Source of the DNA: a virus
Reading direction: 5' to 3' (one strand)
Length of the DNA stretch: 64,000 nt
IMG/VR virus record: IMGVR_UViG_3300043446_002337
Coordinates: 19,769-83,768 of that record
Shown: positions 49,097 to 58,772 of the stretch, in pieces
Numbering within the stretch: position 1 is the stretch's first letter
How the letters are laid out: every line of letters starts with the position of its first letter
Notes under the pieces: generated by a model
The model's input: the letters and a program-made list of their open reading frames with translations, nothing else
Told to the model about the DNA's origin: nothing
The model's database searches: none
Translations under genes and position numbers: made by a program

Positions 49097-50506
49097 ATGG
49101 GATTTATTAATCAATTTTCTCGAAATTTAAATCAACGAGTACAAACTACCATCACCAAAGGTAGTGGTACTCCAATTGCAAGTTCCTCCATCCAGAATAT
49201 GGGTGGAGCGTTTGTGTTATTAGACGCAAAATTACTTCAAAATCCACCAGTACGGATTCGATTATATACCGACGAAACTAGTATGATTATTGACGCTAAT
49301 CGTGCGCCTGGAAATTTCAACCTTTCTCAATCGGTTGGATTGATTGCGGATATTAATTTGACCACCACGGACACCCTTACCTTTACTCCTCCTGTGATTG
49401 GTCACGCAGTAAGTGGGGGTTTAGTATGGTATAACATGAGTGGGTCGGGATTTGAACAAAGTATTACATTGACCTCATTTACACTAAGTGATATCGGTGA
49501 TAGTGAAGCAAACAAAGAAGTGATTATTTTTAGTGGGTCACAAGTTCCTCTTACCTCGGGGTCGTTCTACGGAGTAAGTGGAAGTTTCCACACTCCAAAG
49601 AGTTTTGCAATTCTTAATGCAAAGAGTACCTATAATTTCAACCCAGACCAACAATGGGTTCTGGGTAGTAGTAATGATGGAAATGGGTGGGAATTTTATT
49701 ACGGTAGAGAATTAACAGGCGAACTACATACAATTGATGCGAATGTCACGCAACAGTTTCCAGAAATTCCTGTGGATTCCACACTCTATGCGGCAAAGAT
49801 AGCAACACGCACAGGAACATTATGGAAAAATAGTAGTTTCTATCTTCTACCGGTAGATGCGGGTGAAACCTATAGAGCATCTGGATGGCATTGGTGTACT
49901 AACACTACACAAAATCCTGTTGCGGGATGTGGATATATTATGTTACCTACGGATTCAGGCGGTAATCCTATATACCCATATTTGTATGCAACAAGTAGTG
50001 GAACATCAGGTAAATGGGAATACGCCTCCGCAGAATTCCCTATTGGTACGGGAACTTCATCTATAATGATTGCACCATTTATAGATGCATCATATCCAAA
50101 TGGATACGGATTCTCTCCAGAATGCGCTGGGGCGTACTATCAAGATCCACTAACATGCCCAGGATACGGATGGTTTACTGGGTTCACGGTAGAAAATATA
50201 ACTGACTTTGCAAGTAGATTACGATTATACTCTACCGATATATCTGATGTACCATTAGCAGAACAAACCCGTTTATTTGGAACGGCACCGAATTCTGGGT
50301 CAAAGTTAATTGCAGACATGATGTTCGATTCAGCAAGTTTTAATTATCCATTGGTACCTGTATTAGAAGCATACACATGGGAAGACCCTAACTATATTCC
50401 TGGTGTTAATCGAACAAGTTATATTCTAGAAAATTTATCTGATGTGACAACTGTATATTCTGGTTCATTAAATTCTTCACTTACCATTTACACATTAGAA
50501 GATTAA
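49097..50506 (+). CDS. Putative virion structural protein with duplicated domain and carbohydrate-binding-like insert
   Basis: Two R(I/L)RLY...R..G....LIAD repeats; follows a late-promoter motif. Confidence 0.6.
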   Translation: MGFINQFSRNLNQRVQTTITKGSGTPIASSSIQNMGGAFVLLDAKLLQNPPVRIRLYTDETSMIIDANRAPGNFNLSQSVGLIADINLTTTDTLTFTPPVIGHAVSGGLVWYNMSGSGFEQSITLTSFTLSDIGDSEANKEVIIFSGSQVPLTSGSFYGVSGSFHTPKSFAILNAKSTYNFNPDQQWVLGSSNDGNGWEFYYGRELTGELHTIDANVTQQFPEIPVDSTLYAAKIATRTGTLWKNSSFYLLPVDAGETYRASGWHWCTNTTQNPVAGCGYIMLPTDSGGNPIYPYLYATSSGTSGKWEYASAEFPIGTGTSSIMIAPFIDASYPNGYGFSPECAGAYYQDPLTCPGYGWFTGFTVENITDFASRLRLYSTDISDVPLAEQTRLFGTAPNSGSKLIADMMFDSASFNYPLVPVLEAYTWEDPNYIPGVNRTSYILENLSDVTTVYSGSLNSSLTIYTLED

Positions 50507-50507
50507 T

Positions 50508-50771
50508 ATGCGTTTTTATCCATTTGGGTCCAGTTCACTAAATCAAATATATAACCCCTCCGCTGCAACTACTGCTTCTATATCAAATTATGCCGCATCC
50601 GCAAGTTATGGCGTAAGAGTTTTAAGTGCGTCTGTGGCGGTAAATGGAGTACGTGGTGTAAATGGAGTAAACGGTACGTGTAGTTTTACTCCTGGGTTGA
50701 CTGGTGATATTGGACTGCAAGGGATTGGTGGTTCTGCTGGTGGTGTCTCTTCCGTAGTTGGTAAACCATAA
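50508..50771 (+). CDS. Short collagen-like virion protein A
   Basis: MRFYPFG N-terminus, ASY repeats, G-X-Y stretch. Confidence 0.65.
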   Translation: MRFYPFGSSSLNQIYNPSAATTASISNYAASASYGVRVLSASVAVNGVRGVNGVNGTCSFTPGLTGDIGLQGIGGSAGGVSSVVGKP

Positions 50772-50783
50772 TTTATATAACAT

Positions 50784-51416
50784 ATGCAATTCTATCCTAA
50801 TAATATTTCAGCAAACGAACTTGGATTTGCAGTAAGTTCTAGTATAGCAAAAACTGGTTCATTTATTGCTAATTTTGCTGCAATATCTGTAACCACAGTG
50901 AACACCGCGAGTCTGGCACTTAACATAACAGGCTCAGCGGGAGCGGCAGGAACCAATGCATCGTTAACCGGACCAAAGGGACCACAAGGCGCACGTGGGG
51001 TCACTGGTCCTCGGGGTGACAGTGTATATCTTATATCCAGTTCATGGCATGATGCAACTAGAATGGGAGCATCATGTAGTACACCTGCACCAACTAATTG
51101 TTGGACGGTTAACCTATATGCAGCATATGAAGTATTTGGTAACTACTCTTGTGACTTTAGTACTAACGCATTTAATCCAACCACATACTATACGACAACT
51201 GGTGCGTCACAAGCATATGTTGATGCAAACTTTGGTGCAAACTTCCCACTATATGTAAATAATACGTGTACTGATACACTCGCATCGGCATTATCTGGAT
51301 TGGTAACCTTCCCTGCTATCGTGGGAACACACGTAGAAAATGGACAAAACTCTGTATATTCCGTGACATCTCTATCAAGTTCTTCACTCGCAGGTATATG
51401 CGGAGGTGGCGTATAA
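50784..51416 (+). CDS. Short collagen-like virion protein B
   Basis: MQFYP N-terminus, GPKGPQGARGVTGPRG, Cys-containing C-terminal domain. Confidence 0.65.
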   Translation: MQFYPNNISANELGFAVSSSIAKTGSFIANFAAISVTTVNTASLALNITGSAGAAGTNASLTGPKGPQGARGVTGPRGDSVYLISSSWHDATRMGASCSTPAPTNCWTVNLYAAYEVFGNYSCDFSTNAFNPTTYYTTTGASQAYVDANFGANFPLYVNNTCTDTLASALSGLVTFPAIVGTHVENGQNSVYSVTSLSSSSLAGICGGGV

Positions 51417-51910
51417 TGTCATACTATTTTCCATTCGGTGGTAGTGAAGCAACGACAACACAAAATATTAATTATTCATTATCTGCTACTACTGCAAGTG
51501 TACCAACGGTTAATACTATAACTGCATTAACGGCTTCATTTGCATCAGCAGTAGTGAATTCTCCTGCGGCAGGAACGGCGGGTATTAATATAACCATATC
51601 AGACTGTCAGACCTCTGCTAGTGCAAACCCTTCTTTATTAGTATCTGGTGCAGCGGGTTCACAAGGCCCAACCGGTTCAAAGGGAACCGATGTGTTAACT
51701 TGTCCGCCGGGAACAGTTCGTTGTATGGATTTGGAAGTATCGTTATCTGCACAATATAATGATGGGGTCACCCGTGGTGTAAATTACTATCAACCATCTG
51801 GTTCACAATTTAGTATCGTATGTATGCAAGTCCCAACAACTTGCAGTTCCGCTCAAGCACAAGCAGGTTGTCCAAAGTATCTTCGAATTACTTCTCCATC
51901 CATCCCTTGA
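51416..51910 (+). CDS. Short collagen-like virion protein C
   Basis: TAATG overlap start; MSYYFPFG, GAAGSQGPTGSKG, Cys-rich C-terminus. Confidence 0.65.
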   Translation: MSYYFPFGGSEATTTQNINYSLSATTASVPTVNTITALTASFASAVVNSPAAGTAGINITISDCQTSASANPSLLVSGAAGSQGPTGSKGTDVLTCPPGTVRCMDLEVSLSAQYNDGVTRGVNYYQPSGSQFSIVCMQVPTTCSSAQAQAGCPKYLRITSPSIP

Positions 51911-51934
51911 CAAATTTAAAAAATTAGTTATTTT
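51907..51934 (+). promoter_or_regulatory. Possible sigma70-type promoter
   Basis: TTGACA-16 nt-TATTTT upstream of GGAGG SD and ATG 51954. Confidence 0.5.
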
Positions 51935-51953
51935 TAATTAAACGGAGGTTACT

Positions 51954-52175
51954 ATGACAACAATGGTTCCAGTACCCATAGCATTACGTCAATTAATAGA
52001 AAGTAATAATCAACTACTACGACAATATCAGAATGACTTGACTACAAAGGTAATGACGGCAAACGAAGAAATGATGCGATTGTTAGGGTTAGACCCCACT
52101 GAAGGATGGAGGTTAGACCTTGAAACATTTACCTATGTCAAGGTCGAACAAACAAATGATACATCAGTCAGCTGA
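51954..52175 (+). CDS. Hypothetical protein
   Basis: 73 aa with strong GGAGG SD. Confidence 0.7.
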   Translation: MTTMVPVPIALRQLIESNNQLLRQYQNDLTTKVMTANEEMMRLLGLDPTEGWRLDLETFTYVKVEQTNDTSVS

Positions 52176-54045
52176 ACACGCAATTCTCACGTTCGGAAAG
52201 TTTAAGGGTTATTCACTCGCTCACGTATACTACAACAATCAGTCATACCTCCAATGGATGACACAAACCGTTGGTATACCTGAAGTCTGGAAAGAAGCGG
52301 CGCAAATGACGCTCCGTGGAGAAGATATCTCCCACCTAAAGATAGCTAGAACGAATAACCCGACTTCTACAAATACACAGCAAGTTTCTACCGACACCAC
52401 AGTTTCTATTCATTTGAAGGATAGTAAAACTGCGGTGGTTGTCATGCCGTATAATCCCAACTTGATGGCAAAGTTCAAGTATGAAGTGGACGGACGGAAA
52501 TGGAACGGGGATGAGAAGTGGTGGGAGTTTCCTGCGGTTCACCTCCAGAAAGCATTTAATGTCTTTGGTCAAAACAATATCAAGTGTGATGAGAAGGTAT
52601 TAAATCTACTGGAAAAGTTGAAGGACCGCCGTGAAGATTTGGATGAGATTCGGGTCAAAGAAGATGTGGACTTTAATATCAATGGAATGCAACTTCAATT
52701 ATATCCGTATCAGAAAGTAGGAGTCAAATTCGTAGAACGGGCAGATGGTCGGTGTTTGATTGCAGATGCACCGGGATTGGGTAAAACCGCACAAGCTATC
52801 GGATTTGCACAACATAAGAAGTTAAAAACCATCATTGTCTGTCCGCTCTCCGTTGTGGTGAACTGGCAACGTGAAATTAAAAAGTTCACGGGAAAGGATT
52901 CTACCATCTGGGATAGTAAACATTACGATGGTAAATTGAGTAACCAGTTTCACATTGTTCATTATGATGCCGTTGGTAAAGTGGTTGGTGACTTACGTAA
53001 GCAGGAGTTTGATCTCTTGGTCTGTGACGAAGCCACTTACCTCAAAAACCGACAAACCATCCGAGCAAAGAGTATTCTGGGGTCATATAAAGAGCGGAGG
53101 AAATATCCTGGTATTAAGACAAAATACTGTCTATTCCTAACAGGTACTCCCGTTATGTCCCGTCCTATTGAAGCGTTCGCATTGTTGAATTTCCTCGACA
53201 AAGAACGATTCAATAACTTCTTCCACTTTACCCAACGGTACGGGGGATGGAAGGGAGAGGCTCCAAGGAATCTCCAAGACCTCCACGACCGTACAAAAGA
53301 TTTAGTCATCCGTCGTAAAAAAGAACAAATCTTGACTGAACTTCCTGCCAAACAACGGAATGACCTGTATGTGGAATTGACGAAAGACGAACAGAAACAA
53401 TATAAGGAAATGTTACGAGAAGTCTTTGGTCGATGGAAGGTGGAGAAACCCACCATCGGTCACATGCCGAAAATCCAAGAGTTCTTGATTGAAAAGAAGA
53501 TGCCACGGTTAGTGGAAATGGTGGATGAATTTTTGGACAACGATAAACCGATTCTTATCTTCAGTAACTATCTCGCTCCATTGAAGTTCCTCCAAGAACA
53601 CTATGGAGAGAAGTCGGCTATTCTGACGGGTGAAATGAATAGCAAAGAACGTCAGAAGTCTATTGACCGATTGACCAACGGGGAAGCTAAAGTTGGACTA
53701 TTCAGTTTGATGGCGGCAGGTATGGGTATTGACGGATTACAGAAACAGATAGATACTGTGGTGTTCCTGAATTGCGATTGGGTTCCAGCGAACCACGAAC
53801 AAGCAGAAGACCGTACTCACAGAATTGGTCAAAAGAGTCAAGTCCAAGTCTATTATATGTTATGTGCCGATACGATTGACGAATATATGAGAGATATCCT
53901 TAAAGAGAAACAAAAGGTCGCAGATTTGGTCGTTGATGGGGCATTGGTCACCCCTGAACGCTCAAAGTCCTATTTTAAGGAATTCGTATCCAAAATTAAT
54001 CAGGTTTATAAGGAAGATATTTCCACGAAAAACATAGACGATTGA
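52156..54045 (+). CDS. SNF2-family helicase/translocase (SMARCAL1/HARP-like)
   Basis: LYPYQ, DAPGLGKT, DEAT, LTGTP, RRKK, QAEDRTHRIGQ; N-terminal FGKFKG...YLQW domain and HARP-like PYN...GRKW....WEF. Confidence 0.9.
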   Translation: MIHQSAEHAILTFGKFKGYSLAHVYYNNQSYLQWMTQTVGIPEVWKEAAQMTLRGEDISHLKIARTNNPTSTNTQQVSTDTTVSIHLKDSKTAVVVMPYNPNLMAKFKYEVDGRKWNGDEKWWEFPAVHLQKAFNVFGQNNIKCDEKVLNLLEKLKDRREDLDEIRVKEDVDFNINGMQLQLYPYQKVGVKFVERADGRCLIADAPGLGKTAQAIGFAQHKKLKTIIVCPLSVVVNWQREIKKFTGKDSTIWDSKHYDGKLSNQFHIVHYDAVGKVVGDLRKQEFDLLVCDEATYLKNRQTIRAKSILGSYKERRKYPGIKTKYCLFLTGTPVMSRPIEAFALLNFLDKERFNNFFHFTQRYGGWKGEAPRNLQDLHDRTKDLVIRRKKEQILTELPAKQRNDLYVELTKDEQKQYKEMLREVFGRWKVEKPTIGHMPKIQEFLIEKKMPRLVEMVDEFLDNDKPILIFSNYLAPLKFLQEHYGEKSAILTGEMNSKERQKSIDRLTNGEAKVGLFSLMAAGMGIDGLQKQIDTVVFLNCDWVPANHEQAEDRTHRIGQKSQVQVYYMLCADTIDEYMRDILKEKQKVADLVVDGALVTPERSKSYFKEFVSKINQVYKEDISTKNIDD

Positions 54046-54052
54046 TATTTAT
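54046..54052 (+). promoter_or_regulatory. Putative late promoter TATTTAT
   Basis: Recurrent motif, 35 nt upstream of ATG 54088, where structural genes resume. Confidence 0.6.
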
Positions 54053-54087
54053 AGAAGTGTAAAATTAACCAGTTTAAGGAGTTATTT

Positions 54088-54840
54088 ATGGCAGAGTACA
54101 ATTTCCCGACAGAAACTATAGACTTACCCAGTGGTGGGAAGTTCTATCCAGAGGGAAGTCCGTTACGGAGTGGGAAGATTGATGTCAAGTATATGACCGC
54201 AAAGGAAGAAGATATCTTGACCTCGACCAACCTTATCCAAAAAGGGACGGTTATTGACAAGTTGATGGAAAGTTTGATTGTCACACCTGGCGTGAAACCC
54301 GATGATTTATTGATTGGGGATTTGAACGCAGTAATGATTGCGGCTCGTATTTTGGCATATGGTAAGGATTATCCAATCGAATTGGGGTGTGGAACGTGTG
54401 GAACGAAGTTCCCACACAACATAGACTTGTCTGGATTGGATACTATTGAACCATCTGAATTACCAAAAAACAATGAATATGAATTAGTACTTCCAACGGG
54501 AACGACTGTAACATTTAAATTACTAACTCGTGCGGATGAGAAAGAAATCATGAATGAAGTTACCGCAACCAAGAAGATTGGGACTGGTGTAGATACTGAA
54601 GCAACCACACGATTGAAGTATATCTTAACATCATTCGGTGGAAATCGCGACCGTAAGACTGTACGGGAGTTTGCAGAAGCAATGATTATCCGTGACGTTC
54701 GTGCGTTACGAGAAGCATACAAAAAGGTTTCTCCAGATGTGAATTTTGATTTTACTGTAGTCTGCCCAAGTTGTGATACCACAATGAAAGCGAGGATGCC
54801 CTTTGGGGCAAACTTTTTTTGGCCTGACTTCGGAGCATAA
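54088..54840 (+). CDS. T4 gp26/gp51-like baseplate hub assembly / tail assembly chaperone
   Basis: LPS.G..Y, MTAKEEDIL, GD.......R...YG..Y, two CxxC motifs, FFWP end. Confidence 0.8.
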   Translation: MAEYNFPTETIDLPSGGKFYPEGSPLRSGKIDVKYMTAKEEDILTSTNLIQKGTVIDKLMESLIVTPGVKPDDLLIGDLNAVMIAARILAYGKDYPIELGCGTCGTKFPHNIDLSGLDTIEPSELPKNNEYELVLPTGTTVTFKLLTRADEKEIMNEVTATKKIGTGVDTEATTRLKYILTSFGGNRDRKTVREFAEAMIIRDVRALREAYKKVSPDVNFDFTVVCPSCDTTMKARMPFGANFFWPDFGA

Positions 54841-55027
54841 GGTCGATATTCACAAAACATTGTTTACGATGGCATATCATAGTAACGGAGCGTTTGATTT
54901 TGACCAACTATATAATATGCCTGTATATCTCCGTAATTTTCATTTGAAACAATTAGAGGAAGTAAAAAAGAAAGAGGTGGAGGCGTACAAGTCAGCAGAA
55001 AAGAGTAGTAAACCTTCAAAGAGATAG
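54812..55027 (+). CDS. Overlapping +1-frame ORF, probable frameshift extension of the upstream chaperone (or independent start at ATG 54869)
   Basis: Overlaps upstream gene at a T7 run; YNMPVYLR motif; immediately before tape measure. Confidence 0.6.
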   Translation, partial: TFFGLTSEHKVDIHKTLFTMAYHSNGAFDFDQLYNMPVYLRNFHLKQLEEVKKKEVEAYKSAEKSSKPSKR

Positions 55028-55030
55028 TGT

Positions 55031-56770
55031 ATGGCAACTTTTGCAGAGCAACTAAAAGATCTTAAAGATAATGATATGTTTGAGTTCGCCTCGGCGGTCA
55101 GGTTGGTTGCTGCGGCTTTAAAAGACGCGGCGGAAGGTACAACAAAGAATACACAAGAAATTGAAGAGGATATTAAAAAGAAAAGAGAACATAGAGAGGC
55201 GTTACAAAGAGGTACTAAAGCACAAAACGAAAATACAGAATCTCTTAAGAAAGCAAAGGAAGCAGCGAAAAACCTTGGTGGAGAATTATTAAAAATCAGT
55301 GATGCAGGTATTAAGTTTGCTTCTGCGATTGGAACAAGTGCTACCCGTGGGGTAGAACTTGAACTAAGAAATCGTACTACATTAATTGGTCAATTAGGTC
55401 AACTATTTAAAAGTGAACAAGACAGAATAGTATCTATTGCTCAACAACAGGCAGCACAACAAGCTCTAACGGACACATTTATTAGTACCCGTGAAGGAAT
55501 GGAATTAAGTGCAAAAGGAACTCAAGCCTTTGCAGCAAACCTCAAAGGTGGGTTTAAATCAGAATTCCAACTCACAAATGAATCATTGAGAGCATTGGTT
55601 ACTACGGGAATGGCAACGGAAGCACAGTTTGAAAACTTCCGTAAAGCGAGTGGTCGAGCAAGTCTGTCATCTGGTCAGTTCGCAAGTGTCGTAAATAAGA
55701 ATACTCTGTCCTTCTTATTATATGGACCAAAGTTCGCAAAGGCCGCAGTTGATGCAGAACGATTAGGAATCAGTCTATCATCACTTCAAGCAGCACAAGA
55801 AGGGTTGGTCACCAACCTTGACGGAACCATTGATACAGTTGCTCAACTTAACCAACTTGGTGCACAACTGGATTTTGGTACATTAGTACGAGTTGCCGAA
55901 CAAGAAGGTCCAGATGCGTTGATGGCGTATGCACGGGCCACCATCCCAGCAAATCTACTGCAAAGTACTAGTACTCGTGCTCTATTCAAACAATTAGGTA
56001 TTTCCGCAGAAGATTTCTTAAAAGCAGGTGGTCAACAAAAGAGTGCCGCGGAAAGTATCGAAGAACAAATGACCCAAGCAGCAACTAAAACAAATAGTTT
56101 TGGAGCAACACTACTAACAATCGGTAGTAGGGCAAAAGAATTATTGATTGGGTCGTTTGGTGCAGTTGCTGTCGCGGGATATTTCGCCGCCGCATCATTA
56201 ACTAAAGTAGGATTTAGTGGATTAATTAAATCTATAGCCGGCGCGGCCGGCGGTTTATCTAGTTTATCCTTATTACTACTTCCTCTTGCTGCAATTATAG
56301 GTGGAATAATAGGAATATTTTCTGGTCGTTCATTAGTTGAGCAAGGACAGGTAGGTAGAGGATTATTTCGTGGGGCATTAGGTGGTGCTGCACTTGGAGC
56401 AGGTATAGGAGCATTCATACCAGGTGGTGCAGTAATTGGGGCATTGATTGGTGCGGGAGTTGGACTAGTTGGTGCAGGTACCGCTACACCAGCAAACGAT
56501 ATGTATTCCGCTGGATATGGTAGTCGAGTATTGGTTACACCTAAGGGTGCATTCGCATTAAATAATGCAGATGATATTATCGCCGGTACCAAACTGTTCG
56601 CAAAGGGTTCACTTACTGCTGGTAGTGATAATTCTGATTTAGCTCGTAAGGTAGATAAGTTGATTGATGCTCTTTCTAATGCAAGTACCACTATCAATGT
56701 TGGTGGTATGAGTCAAACGGTTCCACGATTACAATTGGTTGGTGTGTATTCCCGTAACGAAGTGAGATAA
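55031..56770 (+). CDS. Tape measure protein
   Basis: Ala/Gln-rich helical body, Gly-rich hydrophobic C-terminal part; position after chaperone. Confidence 0.7.
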   Translation: MATFAEQLKDLKDNDMFEFASAVRLVAAALKDAAEGTTKNTQEIEEDIKKKREHREALQRGTKAQNENTESLKKAKEAAKNLGGELLKISDAGIKFASAIGTSATRGVELELRNRTTLIGQLGQLFKSEQDRIVSIAQQQAAQQALTDTFISTREGMELSAKGTQAFAANLKGGFKSEFQLTNESLRALVTTGMATEAQFENFRKASGRASLSSGQFASVVNKNTLSFLLYGPKFAKAAVDAERLGISLSSLQAAQEGLVTNLDGTIDTVAQLNQLGAQLDFGTLVRVAEQEGPDALMAYARATIPANLLQSTSTRALFKQLGISAEDFLKAGGQQKSAAESIEEQMTQAATKTNSFGATLLTIGSRAKELLIGSFGAVAVAGYFAAASLTKVGFSGLIKSIAGAAGGLSSLSLLLLPLAAIIGGIIGIFSGRSLVEQGQVGRGLFRGALGGAALGAGIGAFIPGGAVIGALIGAGVGLVGAGTATPANDMYSAGYGSRVLVTPKGAFALNNADDIIAGTKLFAKGSLTAGSDNSDLARKVDKLIDALSNASTTINVGGMSQTVPRLQLVGVYSRNEVR

Positions 56771-56773
56771 TCT

Positions 56774-58501
56774 ATGCCAACGTTAGCAGACCTATTCAAC
56801 GAAAAATCACAAGATATCTATAAAAAATTCTCTGCACGCGAAGAACCATCTAGTCAACCATATATCAGTATCCTTCCCGATAGTAATGATTCTCGTAGTA
56901 GAATTAAAAATGATAATCGTGCATTACCTGTTATCTCTACCCTACGAGATACGCAACGGGTTAGTAAGTTCTTACGATCATCTGATGGTTTACTATTCCT
57001 TGCAAAACAAACATTACTCCAAACGGGAAATACATTTGTTAATACTAAACTGTATAATCCACTCTCCCCATTATTAAATACCGTTCCATTTGTACACGCT
57101 CGCCGACACATATCTACACAGGTGGTGGTACCAAACGCGTTTGGATTATTACAAAATAATACGGTTGAGGACATTACAAGTAAATTTAAGATTACTGGTC
57201 AACTTCAAGCTTTATCCACAAATAAGCGGGGATTACTTCCAACACTTGGAAGTATAGCAAAAACTTATGTAGCAACTCAATTAAAGAAAGCAGCAAATAC
57301 TATAGTTCCATTACCACAAAATTATTCAGAATCCAGACCAGAGTATAAAATATTTTCTGATGTTACTGGGCCTGTGGTATTTTCTCCACAACCACTTGAC
57401 CAACGTGGGTTACCAAGAATAAGTCTAGAAGCAAATATAAAGAATACATTATTGACAAAAACTCGTTCAACGTTAATAAAAGCGGGAGTCGCAGCTCTTA
57501 ATAGAACTTTACCCAAATCATTAAGAAACAAGGTACCAGTACCAACACCAATTCTAGAAGAAACAAATAAAATTCCTACATTTGTTCAAGCAGCAACACA
57601 GTTCAGACAAAATTTCACAGATAAATTACCAAAAAAATTTACTAATGACTTAAACAATAGTAGAGTTAGAAGTAAGTATTTATCAGAAAGTGATACAGGA
57701 TTTGCTGATATAGGCACCAATCCAAGTAGTACATCGTTCGGCATTGCCACATCTGGTCTTACTAAACTCCAAGACCCATATAATAAAAGAAAATTAGTCA
57801 GTAGTACAGATGCGAATAAAATTAATTATAACAACATAATCAAGGAACAAGATAGAAACTCTGACATAATTAAATTTATTTTTAGAGATGTCGAAGGTAA
57901 TAATCCCGTACATTTCAGAGCATTATTGTCAACTATCAAAGAATCTATCAAAACTGAATTTAACGAACAAAGATACGTTGGTCGAACCGAACGATTTGTT
58001 ACTTATGGTGGTGCTAAACGTGGTTTAAGTTTATCATTTAATATTGTTGCATTTTCACAAAATGAAGCAGATGGTATGTGGAGTAGAGTAAATTATCTTT
58101 CTGGTCTAGCATTTCCAAAAGACGTAGTAAACGGATTTATGGTACCTCCATTATTTAAATTAACGATTGGTGCATTATATGAAAACCAACCGTGTTATAT
58201 TGAATCATTGGATTATGATTTCTTGGATGAAAGTATAACCTTTGATGTAACCAAAGAAGTACCGTTCGCAATTAACGTCAATATGCAACTTAGTATCCTT
58301 GAAAAGCGTAGTAAGTTCTACGATAGTCCGTTCTACAAGATTACAGAGGATATTGTTGACTTACAATATGCTACTCCAAGTGACGAACAAGCAAGAGTTT
58401 TGGATAACACATTGTTAGATGTTTCTGCACAAATTGATGCAAATATAGCCGTTGATAGATTAGTAAGAACTAATCCGAATTTATTTCAACAATCTCAATA
58501 A
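56774..58501 (+). CDS. Baseplate/tail tube initiator-like protein
   Basis: C-terminal FRA....E....YVGR.E....YGG.KR..S..F and PP...LTIG..Y tube-fold motifs. Confidence 0.6.
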   Translation: MPTLADLFNEKSQDIYKKFSAREEPSSQPYISILPDSNDSRSRIKNDNRALPVISTLRDTQRVSKFLRSSDGLLFLAKQTLLQTGNTFVNTKLYNPLSPLLNTVPFVHARRHISTQVVVPNAFGLLQNNTVEDITSKFKITGQLQALSTNKRGLLPTLGSIAKTYVATQLKKAANTIVPLPQNYSESRPEYKIFSDVTGPVVFSPQPLDQRGLPRISLEANIKNTLLTKTRSTLIKAGVAALNRTLPKSLRNKVPVPTPILEETNKIPTFVQAATQFRQNFTDKLPKKFTNDLNNSRVRSKYLSESDTGFADIGTNPSSTSFGIATSGLTKLQDPYNKRKLVSSTDANKINYNNIIKEQDRNSDIIKFIFRDVEGNNPVHFRALLSTIKESIKTEFNEQRYVGRTERFVTYGGAKRGLSLSFNIVAFSQNEADGMWSRVNYLSGLAFPKDVVNGFMVPPLFKLTIGALYENQPCYIESLDYDFLDESITFDVTKEVPFAINVNMQLSILEKRSKFYDSPFYKITEDIVDLQYATPSDEQARVLDNTLLDVSAQIDANIAVDRLVRTNPNLFQQSQ

Positions 58502-58507
58502 CGATAT

Positions 58508-58765
58508 ATGGAACGATATACTACGACATTGAATATAGATACTACAAAGAAAATTCCGTACTATACCACCGTAATACCAACCAAGATTCCTTCCGAGGAT
58601 ATTCCATTCTATTACGTGGTACAAGACGGCGACAGATTAGATACTCTGTCATATAAATTTTATAAGACAACTACCAATTGGTGGGTACTTGCTAAAGCAA
58701 ATAATTTAGCAAACGGTAGTATGGCAGTACCTATTGGTACTCGTTTATTCATCCCAAATATTTAA
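58508..58765 (+). CDS. LysM-domain baseplate protein (gp53/gpX-like)
   Basis: VQDGDRLDTLSYKFY....WWVLAKAN......GTRL.IP. Confidence 0.85.
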   Translation: MERYTTTLNIDTTKKIPYYTTVIPTKIPSEDIPFYYVVQDGDRLDTLSYKFYKTTTNWWVLAKANNLANGSMAVPIGTRLFIPNI

Positions 58766-58772
58766 ATAAATT

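Noticed and set aside
50770-50776. AATTTAT as a late promoter
   Set aside because: One mismatch and only 7 nt from the ATG, unlike the 25-35 nt spacing of the other sites
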